DNA of 64,000 bases, taken from positions 1,674,001 to 1,738,000 of the forward strand of contig CDLV01000007.1 in the NCBI GenBank assembly GCA_001244265.2, given 5' to 3'. Numbering within the stretch: position 1 is the first letter of the stretch; each line of letters begins with the position of its first letter. The translations under genes were made by a program, and so were the position numbers. The notes under the pieces were generated by a model. That model saw only the letters and a list, made by a program, of their open reading frames with translations. It was not told the DNA's origin and did not search any database. The DNA is from Microbotryum violaceum (lineage: Eukaryota). Positions 53,743-64,000 of this stretch are shown one piece after another.

Positions 53743-55605
53743 ATGGTGACCGCAACTACGAACGGATCATCGGCGTCCTCGACACCGCGAGTGATTGATT
53801 CGGGCATCCCGTGCGTCAACTGCGGCAAGCCGGCCAGTCGATCCAACACGTGCAAGCTCTGTCAAGAGTGAGCCACCATCCGAAATGTTCCATGATGAAT
53901 GTCTCGGGCTGCACACGCCTTGGCCTTGGCTCCCACGGATTGTCGCCGCTGAAAGATGCTGCGACTACGGTGTGACTTGGGACGAAAGCTGACCTCTGCC
54001 TGACCTCGGCCACAGCCAAAACATCGTGTCTCTGTTCTGCACCCCGGATTGCTACAGGAGCAATTGTAGGTGTATACATCTCGCAGTGCCGCCCTAGTCA
54101 ACATCAGCTCATCGTTGTGCTCCCCCGCCCCGCCTCCGCTGATCGTGCTTCGCAGACAAGACCCACAAGAAGCTGCATACCCCGGCCGCTCAAGGCAACT
54201 ACACCTTCCCTCCGGACAGTGCGTCTGCGTCTCAGAACCACTCTCTACATCAGTCGACTTCGTTTTTCTGACCGCTGCTGGAACCTGCAGCTGCGGATCC
54301 CTTCGCTGGGCGCTATCGCTACACCGGTCCGTTGCGAGCCGTCTATCCGAAGGAGCCTGTCCCGACACGGGCTGTCCCCGAAAGCATCCCGCGTCCCGAT
54401 TATGTCAACAACGGTCAGTCGTCACCTTAACGGGACAGTCTCTATGCGAGTTTCCAGTGCAAGTGGACGCTGTCCGAGCCGAGCGCGTCACAGACCTTCG
54501 GACTGACGATTCTTCTTTCATCTCCTCTCTCGGTTGCAGCCAAGGGCAGATCATTCGCGGAGGAGATCGCGAACCGAACGGAGCGATATGGGCGTATCTT
54601 ATCAAAGAAAGAGATCGTGGGGATGCGAGAGGTGTGCAGGGTGAGTAGATGGGTGGGGACTACAGTGGCCTGGGCCCGACTTTGCTCATCACGATGTTTC
54701 TCCCTCTCCAAGCTCGGCCGAGAAGTGCTCGACATTGCAGCGAGCAAGATCGCGCCCGGCGTCACGACACTCGACATTGATGCCGTTGTCCATGAAGAGT
54801 GCGTGAAGCGCAATGCGTACCCGAGTCCGTTGGGCTACCACCGGTTCCCTCGATCGGTGTGCACGTCTGTCAACGAGGTCATCTGCCATGGTCAGTAGAG
54901 AATCTTGAGCGCTAGGGATTTTCGTTTCGCCACCGGCTTCGCTCACAACTCTCAATCTCGCAATATAGGTATCCCCGATGCTCGACCGCTCGAGGACGGC
55001 GACATCGTCAACCTCGACGTGACCCTCTACTACAACGGTTTCCACGGCGACCTCAATGCCACCTACCCGGTCGGGACCAAAGCCTCTGACGAGAACCTTC
55101 GGCTTATGAAGACCGCACGCCAGTGTCTCGACGAAGCGATCCGACTCGTCAAGCCTGGAACGCAATACAAGGATCTCGGCAGCACGATCGAAGCGATTGC
55201 GAAGAAGGATGGTTTCTCCGTTAATCATACTTATGGCGGTCACGGGATCAACAACTTGTTCCATTGCACGCCCAACATCTCCCATTACGCGGGGAATAAG
55301 AATATCGGGGTGATGAAGGTCGGGCAATGCTTCACTATCGAACCGATGATTTGTGTCGGGCAGTACAAGGAGGATCATTGGCCTGACGTGTGGACGGTGA
55401 GTTTGAAGGAGGGCTGCTCGTCATTCAGAGGGACGTAACTGATGGTAAGGTCGTTCTTGCCTATTCATAGGCCGTTACGGTAGACGGGAAAGCTTCTGCT
55501 CAATTTGAAGAGACGATGATTGTTACCGAGACAGGGGTAGAGGTGTTGACTGCCGCACCGGGGTGGACATTGCCGGAACGTGATACCGAGATCGTGCCAC
55601 TTTGA
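53743..55605 (+). CDS. MAP1: Methionine aminopeptidase 1 with N-terminal zinc finger
   Basis: [51 protein letters not shown] and FTIEPMI. Confidence 0.96.
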
Positions 55606-55775
55606 GGGGTAACTCTCGCGTGTTTCCGCGGGGGTTCGTGTGTAATTAATGCGCATGACTTGAATGTAGCCAAAGCGACACGTGAGAACCATTTGATCAC
55701 AGTCACGACCCTTCGTGGTCAAGTCTCAGTCAGTACCGAGTTACATTCTGTACAACTCTACATCAAAACTTCCCC

Positions 55776-58700
55776 TCACACCACCACTTTCTCCGCCCTC
55801 CAAGCCCCACCACACATACACCTCGTCTCCCACCTCAATTCATAAGCCGCCCATTTACCCGTCTCATTCCCAACTTTCCTCTCCGCCTTTTCACCACACC
55901 TCGTACAGACCTTGAACGAGCCGACTCGATCGAGTGTGCAGCGTCGTACGATGTCGTAGGTCGTGGAAGGGGAGCTTGGGTCCGCTGAGGAAGCTGGGGT
56001 TGGGAGACCTTTGGGTAGGAAGAGGGATGTATTCGAAAGTGCGGTGGTGATGGTTGAGAGAACGCTCGAATCCACCGATCCTGGAGGCAGAGAGAACTCC
56101 ACCAACGCATCCTTGATCGTCCCTTGCTCCACTTTGACCGCACCCTCGAACCCATCAAGCACTTTCCTCCACTCCATCAAGATCAGTCCATTGTACTCGA
56201 CCGCATCATCCAACACCATCTTGGCCATATCGACCGTGAGATTCTGATGGATAGGGAAACCCCTTAGGAAAGCCTGTAATCCCAAAATCGCTTCGACGAT
56301 GGACTTGATTAGACCTCGGGGGAAAGGATGCAGTAATAAAACCCAATGAGGACCAAGGGGTTTGGAAAGGTCGTCGGGTAGGAAAGAACAGGTTTGGGCA
56401 AGGTGGCGCGAAAAGTCGCAGAACCAGGTAGCGTGGGAGATGAGGGGCCAGACGGCATCGGATTCGCAGCGGTAGGATGGGATGGAGGGGTCTGCTGGGG
56501 CGGGTATGGGTTGGTTGCGGTCGCGTCGTTCGCATTGACGGTAGGCGCGGAGACAGACGCCTAGGCGGAGGAGATCGGAGGCGATCGATCCGCGGAGGGC
56601 AAGACCAAGGGAGGAGCTGCGATGAGTAGGGCCCTCTCGTCAGCACTGCTCTGTGTCGCAGGTTGAAAGAGTTCCTAGACCCACTTATATATCGTCGAAA
56701 TTGCTCCCATCAGCTCAAACATCAAAGGCGTGTTTTTAAACACAGTCGAGCCGGGCAGCATGCGTTGAAGCTTCTTTCGAGTCTCGACGATCACTGCAAG
56801 AGTTTGCACTGCACAGTTGTGTTGGACATAAGTCAACCTCGGTAGCAAGTTCGCCGGACCGGCGGATTATCTATGACTGACCATCATCTTTGGCCCCGAT
56901 GATTCGGCCAATGATGTCGGAGTTGTCAGACTGTTGAACGAACGAGAGTGCAAGTCGCGTTGATAGCGTTGAAACGTCTGAGGAAGGTGGCAACATCGTC
57001 AATGTGCTGTCCGAGTAGAACGGAGATTAGGTCATGACTGACCTTGCGCCACTTCGCCTAGATTGAGAGCGCAGATCGTAGGTCGGAACAAGCGAGCCGA
57101 GCCGACTGGTAGAGAGCAGACGAGCGCACTCGAAGTTGATAATGCAAGTTCGGAGTAGACTGTTCAAATAATACCATACACCAGTCAGCCGGGCAGCGCT
57201 TAATGTACAATCCTGCACTCTGTTGCTTACGATCATTCCTCTGCAACACCGTCGGAACCATCCCCGACACCTCTTGCAACGTCTCTGAATCTAGCACGAT
57301 CAATTGTGTCCCTAAATTATCTGCACCCCCCTGCACCCCGACCATCACACTCCCGAACCTGAGCGTTGCATGCCTCGCATCAAGGCAACTGACTACCCCC
57401 TCCCTCGTAACGCTCTGCATCCTTCGACTATTCCATTCCTTTTGCCCTGTCGTGGCTTCGCCTTTCTTGTGTTCCAAAGAGGCGAAGGCTTCGGCAAGGA
57501 CGTAAGTCTCTCCGGAGAAGGACCAAGTCGTCAATGTCGATGCTGGAGCGGATACGAGGTTGGCGTCGTGGTCGGACATGCCGTTTGATTCGTTAGAAGA
57601 GGACACCGTCGTCGTTACAGCGAGTAAATGCAGACCATTGACCACTCCAGCGATCTGTTCGATCCACTCGAGCTGCAACAACTCGCCTTGCAACGTTCCT
57701 CCATCACCCTCCTCGCCCGAATGCGGCTCGTTTATAAAGACCGATGCCAAAGGTCTCAACGTGACTTTAGGTCCCTCCGCCGCAATCCCCATCTCGATCC
57801 TTAGTTCACTCATCTCGATCGTCCCCTGCGCATCTTCCCCTTCATCCCACACCTCCTCCCCTTCCTCAACCGCTTTCAGACCTTGCTCGTCCTCATCATT
57901 CGTCGTTCCCGCACCGGCCTTGTTCAAGGACCCATTCCCAAACGCTTCGTCGAGAGCATTGAAATCGGTCAGTCCAAATTCGTCGTCGTCCGGATCGGGC
58001 GAGTCCCTCGCTGCCACCGTCGGAGGAACAGCCGTTGCCGTCGTCGCCGCGCGTTCTCCGGCTTTCTCATTCTTGGGTTTCCTAACCCTCCCACTCTTCC
58101 CTTGAATCACCGTGCAGCTCGTCGCGATCAAGAAGGTCGTTTCCCCCAATTCAATCGCCGTCTTGTCGCTGATCGACGAAGCCCCCACAGTTCCTAAAGC
58201 CGCTCTAACAACTCGACGTTGCCTCATCGCCGTCTTGGACGCGGCACCCGCTTGAGCGGCTTCGAGTTCTTGTTTCAGAGCTTGGGGTCCGGACGTAAGT
58301 GTTGGGTTGGGCACGGCGAGGTTCGAAGTGGCGTCGACGAGGTTCGCGACGATGGAATCGACGGCGTTGGTGGAGGGAGACGCACCGGGGACTCCGGGGA
58401 TGTAGGAAGGGGCGCTGGGTCGGGCGGTGAGGGAGAGATGGGTCAGCGGTGGCGAGGGTCGTAACGGAAGGAGAGCGGTGAGGGGGATCATGGGGGTCGT
58501 TCGGGGGAGGTGCACAAAGAGGGCCTGGGTGAAGTAGAGAAGAGTTCAGTGATACAGAGCCGCAAAGCAAGTCGTAGAACGTGAACCGACCTCTGAGCTG
58601 GAGAGAACAGCGACGAACGCGCATCCCGGTATGGGTGCCGATCGAGGTGGGGTAGAGAAGAAGGGTTTTGACGAGGTCGATTGCTCGGGACTTGTTGGCC

Positions 58701-59482
58701 ACCACTTGTGGGAACGGGAGAGCAGGAGCGTCAGCAGAAGGCTCTACTTGCAGCGCACCTCTTTGTCGGTCTCACCTTTTTGGGTTCGCCTAACCACCTC
58801 GTATTGACGAGCGTCTTGGCCGTGTTCGGATCAGAAGAGTTCGCGCCGAAGCGGTCCAAGCTCTCGTGCCAGAGGATCGCCCACTCGTCGATGCATCCTT
58901 CGAGCTGCTCAAAGACGGTCAAACGATCGGCCTTGTCGCCGGTGTGGGAGGTTGAGGATACGAGGAGGTAGGCTCCACACGGGGAGAAGGAGAGGTGCGT
59001 GATGTGCGAGGGTGTTGAGGAGGGGGGAAGGTACAGGGAGAGGTCGAGGCGAGGGCGGCGTGCCGATGCACTGACTGCGAGGTGGGTGAGGTGTACAGCC
59101 AGTCGGTTCGAGGTTGAGGACGAGGGCGATGAGGAGCGACCGATAAAGTTGGGTGGTAGAGGTACGGCCAGGAGATTGGTGCATGACCATGCCGGAGAGC
59201 TGTGCCACAGAGAGAGGAGCGGACGTTGGTCAGTCCGATAAGCCAGCGGGCGGCACTTTCCCCAGACAGAGGGCATACTCACCACCTCGTTTCATGCGCC
59301 AGGGAGTGAAGTAATGCGACCGTCCTCAAGGCACTCTGCCGAGCAGGGTCATGCTGAGGGTCGAGTTGGAACTGCTCGAACTGGCAGGTGCTTGCGTGCG
59401 CGGGTTTGAGCCGGAGCCGCTTCGAGCTGGGGATGACCGACAACAGGTCCTCGTCCTGGTCCGACCTCTTGGGATGCGACAT
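55776..59482 (-). CDS. MED16: Mediator complex subunit 16 (Sin4)-like, multi-exon
   Basis: WD-like N-terminus (AWSCTNLLA, ITHLSFSPCGAYLL) and C-terminal KVCTRCG...W...W...CMCGGAW zinc ribbon typical of Med16. Confidence 0.75.
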
Positions 59483-59720
59483 CGTGAACGTTGTTGGGCG
59501 TTGGGCGTTGGGCGTTGGGCGTTGTCGGCGCGCGAGAGGGGGTGTGAGAGCGCAGATCCTTAACAAAAACGAGCCCGGTCGTGTGGGGGAGGTTTGCAAA
59601 TCCTGATTAGTAGAAAACTATCAAACACAATCGCGTGATTACCAACCCGCGCTCTGTCGCCTCGGACGCGCCCAGCCCAGCGCGACCGTAGCGCGACCCC
59701 CAAAACAAGAGGCCGGGCTG

Positions 59721-62042
59721 GGTCGAGTTCATTTCTGAAAATCACGCGTTTTCTGTTCTTGCGGTTTAGTGTCGGTTTAGGCATTTTGAAATGAACGCCC
59801 TGCGCGCGCGTCCAATTTAGCTTGCCTCTGATCAAAGTTGATCGATGCATCTCAAGAGGCACTTCTCAGCGCGTCAATCCGCGCTCACTCGAACTATCGT
59901 TCTCAACTCCTCACGATGGTCCGCAAAAGCGCTATTCAATGGCAACGTGATGATGGTCGCGTCGAGATCGAAGAAACGGAGAGGGATCTTCAAGAACTTT
60001 TATCCCTCAACCAATCCATTCTGCTGGAGATTGATACGGGGATGGAGTCCGCCTTGTTGTCGGACGCGATGGACACGGACTCCGACGCGTCGTTGCCTCC
60101 AGCCTCTTTCTCACCGTCGGAAGACCTGCGATCCGCCAATGTTACCAACGGCACAGCAAATCGCTCCTCTATCCCGGAAACTCCACTGGTTGATTCTTGG
60201 CTTTGCCAATTCTGCCCCGAATCGTCCGAAGTGTCCGACGACCGGTCTGACGTTCTTGACAGGTGAGGACGTTCCGCACCAATCACTTTCGCATGAACTA
60301 CCGCTAATACAGGCTCTTTGGGACCACCTAGAGATGTTGCTCCGCAAATAAGAAGAACTCGCGGGACAACGCTACGCGAATCGGGCAAAGAACTATGCCG
60401 GCAGAGGACCCGGCCACGGGCTGATGAGGTGTTTGGATGTGGAGCGGGGTCATTGATCGTCTCGAGGTTGGCGGGAGACGTGAGACCTTGACCGGTTTCA
60501 CCCAGCTGTTCACGAGCCATCCTGTACTTTGCTTTCTCTCTGCAGCGGGTGTTCGACTATATCAGCTCTTGCCGGGCCAGACGTCTGATTCAAGCTGGGG
60601 AATTACCGTTTCCACCATCCTATTGCGCGTTCGATAATAATTCTCTTCACAGGCCGGCCCGAGGTGTGGGCCTTCGCGTCGGGGCTAAAGAAATGCGCCA
60701 CGTCCGGGCGCTCACTGTACACCCCTTCCATCATCTACAATAGGTCAAACGAGAAGTAAGACGCGTACCGAGAGATCGACGTCGGATGCATGCGAGTTGG
60801 CAACTCAAGACTTTACCTCAAACAACGCGTTGTCGCGCTTCTTGGTGTAGGTGGGGTTGCGCTTTCCTTTTTCGGTCGCCGGAGCGTGTTTAGTTAGGGT
60901 GGCCGCGATAATGTTGTGTTGCTTGAGAAACTCGAAGTAGAGCGGCGCGTCGGAATCTAACCTTGCGGGAAAGTTTTCCGATTTCGACGACTTCGTCAAT
61001 GGGGTCGGGGAAGACGTTTTGGCCGGCGGAGTTGTTTTGGTCCGCTTCGAGGTTTGCGACGAGCTCAGACCCTGTCGCTTCTCAGACCCCTTGCAAACCT
61101 TGGTCTTGGCTTCTGAGGTTCGCCTGGGCATTTAAATATTGCAAGCTTCCGTCAGCTCTTTGCTTGATACACGCCAGTACGATAACCGATACATACTTTT
61201 GACGGGGAAGGGGCGCCCTCCGAGGATAAGGACGACGAGAGGGGCCTGTTGCTTTGACGCGCCGGGACGGGCCGTTGCCTCGCTTGCAGCATATTCGAGG
61301 GTACCCGTTCTGGGAGCAGTTGTAGAGCGGCGAGACGTGAGTTTAAGTGCGCACCCTCCCAGGTGCAGAATCACAGCAAAGCGAGCTCACACTTGGTCGG
61401 CTGCGAACGACGTGTGGACGACGTCGCGTTGGGTCGCGTCCGCTTTGCTTTCAGATGGGTATCGCGTCGCGATCTTGGAGGCGAAGGTGATGAAGAATCA
61501 GCAACGCTAGACGATCGAGTGCGCATTCTAGGTTAAGAATGGGCCTTCCGTGAACGAAGAAAATGTTCCAATAGTGCAAAAGTGAAGTGTGGTGAATTGC
61601 TGAGGGGTGGTTGTTCGAGCTCAAGAACAGTCGGGCGCGTCGACGCGCGAGACGGTCTTCCCACTGCTGGTGGGAATCAGCACCTATCAGCACCGAAAAC
61701 AACGCGCCATCATATACACAAGTCCACTTTTTTCTAAATAATAAACAAAATACAAGATGGGAATAACATTCTCAGTTGGTCTAGGACGCATGAGAGTGTA
61801 TTGAGGAATATTATAAGTCTGTTGTCACTGCATTGACTCTGAGGCTGTGATTCATCATATGGCTGGCTCGAGTTTGGACGCCGCGGGACCTTAAACCGTT
61901 GCTTAAACCGCGTTACGCGAGCAGGTTTAACGCAACCGGTTTAAGAGCGGTTTAAGGCGGTTTAGCAACGGTTTAGTGGAAGCGCGCGCGTCGCTAAACC
62001 GGACTAACTAAACCGGTCGCGCGCGAAGAAATGAACTCGACC
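59721..62042. mobile_element. Element D: 2.3-kb TIR element with 8-bp TSD and TAAACCG subterminal repeats
   Basis: TIR GGTCGAGTTCATTTCT / AGAAATGAACTCGACC. Flanks CCGGGCTG / CTGGGCTG. About 9 TAAACC(G)/(C)GGTTTA motifs at 61890-62016 and two at ~59762-59780. Confidence 0.85.
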
Positions 62043-62164
62043 CTGGGCTGTGACATGTGACGCATGTGACGGCTGCTGCTGCTGCTGCTCGTTGTTTTGC
62101 CCAGCTCGACCCGACTCGCCCTTTCGTTCGGACGATAGCTTAGCTCACAGACTCTGGACGTGAT

Positions 62165-64000
62165 ATGGGCACCAGCTCGCTGTCGACGACGGTGCAGCTC
62201 TCGACGCCCGTCCCGGCAGCGGTCTCGGCGACGGTGCAGTCTCAGCATCGCCATGCGCCGACGCGTGCCTCGTCCTTGCGCCAGTCGACCCTCGCCCGTG
62301 CCCGTGCCGCAGCGCCCACCACGCCCACCACGCCAGCCCCAGCGAGCTGCACCACACCACCGCCACAGTCAACCGCCGCCGCACTCGTCACACCCAAGCC
62401 GACCGAAGCTTCCACGTCCAGTACACCCCGAACATCGAAACCGTCGATCAAGTTCAAACAGGGCAGCATGGCCACCCCCGCAGCCGACACGACCTCATCA
62501 TCCAAGTCACCACCGCAAGCTCGCTCGTCGACGACCAAATCAAAGTCCAAGGCCAAAGCCCATTCCCAATCTCACCTGCTCGAGCTCGAATCGAGTCCCA
62601 ACACGATCGCACTACCCCCACCATCACGACGGGTCGGTCCGCATGGCGCGCCCTTCCTGCCGCCGTACACTCCGATCGACACCCTCTGCGCGTTCTGCGG
62701 CGGCACCAAGGCCAGGAACCGCGCCAACCGCGCCGAGGAGCTCGTCAGCTGCTACGAGTGCGGATCGAGCGGACACCCGACCTGTCTCGACTGGGACGAC
62801 ACCCGCATCTTCAAGCGCGTGAAGCAATACGCCTGGCTCTGCCAAGAGTGCAAGCGCTGCGAGGTCTGCGACGAAAAGGGCGACGATGTCAGTGGGACGG
62901 GACACTCGTAGCTCCTGATTGTTCCCCACGTTCTGCAGCTTACTGACGCGTTCCGTATGCTGTCCCACAGGCCGACATGTTGTTCTGCGATTCGTGCGAT
63001 CGAGGTTGGCATAGGGCATGTCAAACACCGCCGATGACGAGCTTCCCACGCGGCAAGTGGGTCTGTCCGACGTGCAAGTCCCAAGCCGATTTCGCCGACG
63101 ATGCCCCGACCGTCGTCGCCGACGGAGCCCGGCGCAAGATCCATGTTGTACCCCCGAAACCGCCTCTACCCTCCTCGATCATTCTCAACCAAATGCAAAT
63201 GCCCAAGAGTGAACGGTCCCAACGTGTGCGCAGAAGCAGCAGTGTCGCGAGGGGTGACTCGGTTTGGGATGACGGCTCATGGAACCGCTCCGCCAGTGGC
63301 GGCGGTGCCGGTGGGGGTGGTTCGAGGCGACACTCGACTACAGGCGCGAGTGCGAGAAAGGATCGCAAGAGCAAAGGAAAGGGGAAAGGTGATGACGCGA
63401 CACCGTCGAGGGAGTTCTACGACCCTTTCGCCGATAACGATCTCGTCGGGCCGAGGGTCATCCTCCCGGGCAACAACAAGTCAGTCCGCACATGGCCGCG
63501 CGTCGCCGTCGGCCACTTACCGGCGTGGCTCTGACATGGAAAGATGCTGACCACAAATCGTTTCTGCCATCATTTCAACCAGGAAACGGAGACGCGATGA
63601 AGCCGATTGGATGCAACAGGTCGCTTACCTGCAGCGGATGGACGAGCTCGAGGCCGAGCAGGAAGCCGCCAACGCGGACCCGATCGAGCACGTCGACCCA
63701 TGGGCAGGCTACCTCCGGCCGGACCAGTCCGACACCAAAGGTCGAACACCGAATGATGATGATCGAAGACGGTTCAAGCGAGCCAGGGATCAAGTCGAGG
63801 TCGGTCCACTACCGCGTGGGGTTGCGAAGCAATGAGGCTGGCCCATGCGCTGACTCACGTGACTTACCCTCCGCAGGCGCGTCAACTCCGAATCTTGCTT
63901 GCACCTCGACCTGCACCCGTGCCCACACTCCCTCCCGCCGCCTTGCCGCCATTGCAGTTCGGCACCCCCTCCCATCATTCTCCAAGTCACTTCTCGCAAT
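62165..64000 (+). CDS. Double-PHD-finger protein, probably a MOZ/Sas3-type MYST histone acetyltransferase (3' truncated by window)
   Basis: CAFC...CYECGSSGHPTC, CQECKRCEVC and FCDSCDRGWHRAC...WVCPTC. PWAGYLRPDQSDT...P...D...F resembles the pre-MYST segment of fungal Sas3-like HATs; the MYST domain is not in the window. Confidence 0.8.

Noticed and set aside
60540-60800. Possible His-Cys box endonuclease remnant in element D
   Set aside because: His/Cys residues are scattered across different frames and do not form the motif.

Overview
Eukaryotic nuclear DNA from a GC-rich, intron-rich fungus; gene content and intron style suggest a basidiomycete (inference). About 15 host genes are present: Cys2/MetX-type acyltransferase, DUF1776, Bub2-like TBC GAP, mago nashi, TMX2-like, MAPEG GST, two alpha/beta hydrolases, ILV2, BolA, VCX1, a CCCH protein, MAP1, MED16 and a PHD/MYST-type HAT cut by the window end. 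Roughly a third of the window is inserted DNA. It holds two mitochondrial insertions (nad6 / partial group I intron / nad3 3' exon / truncated trnS, and nad4L-nad5 inside an intron). It also holds a nest of three TIR elements (one outer element with two inserts) with 8-9 bp target-site duplications at 7514-18729, two near-identical 3.97-kb TA-flanked TIR elements bracketing ILV2-hydrolase-BolA, and a 2.3-kb TIR element between MED16 and the HAT gene. I recognise no transposase in any element; they carry unknown cargo ORFs and all sit just upstream of host start codons. The oddest signals are a 42-bp-period array of palindromes with unique spacers between two convergent ORFs inside one element, and a nad3 3' exon preceded by only part of a group I intron (possible trans-splicing or NUMT rearrangement). 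Homopolymer indels suggest residual sequencing errors. All calls are by eye, without database searches.
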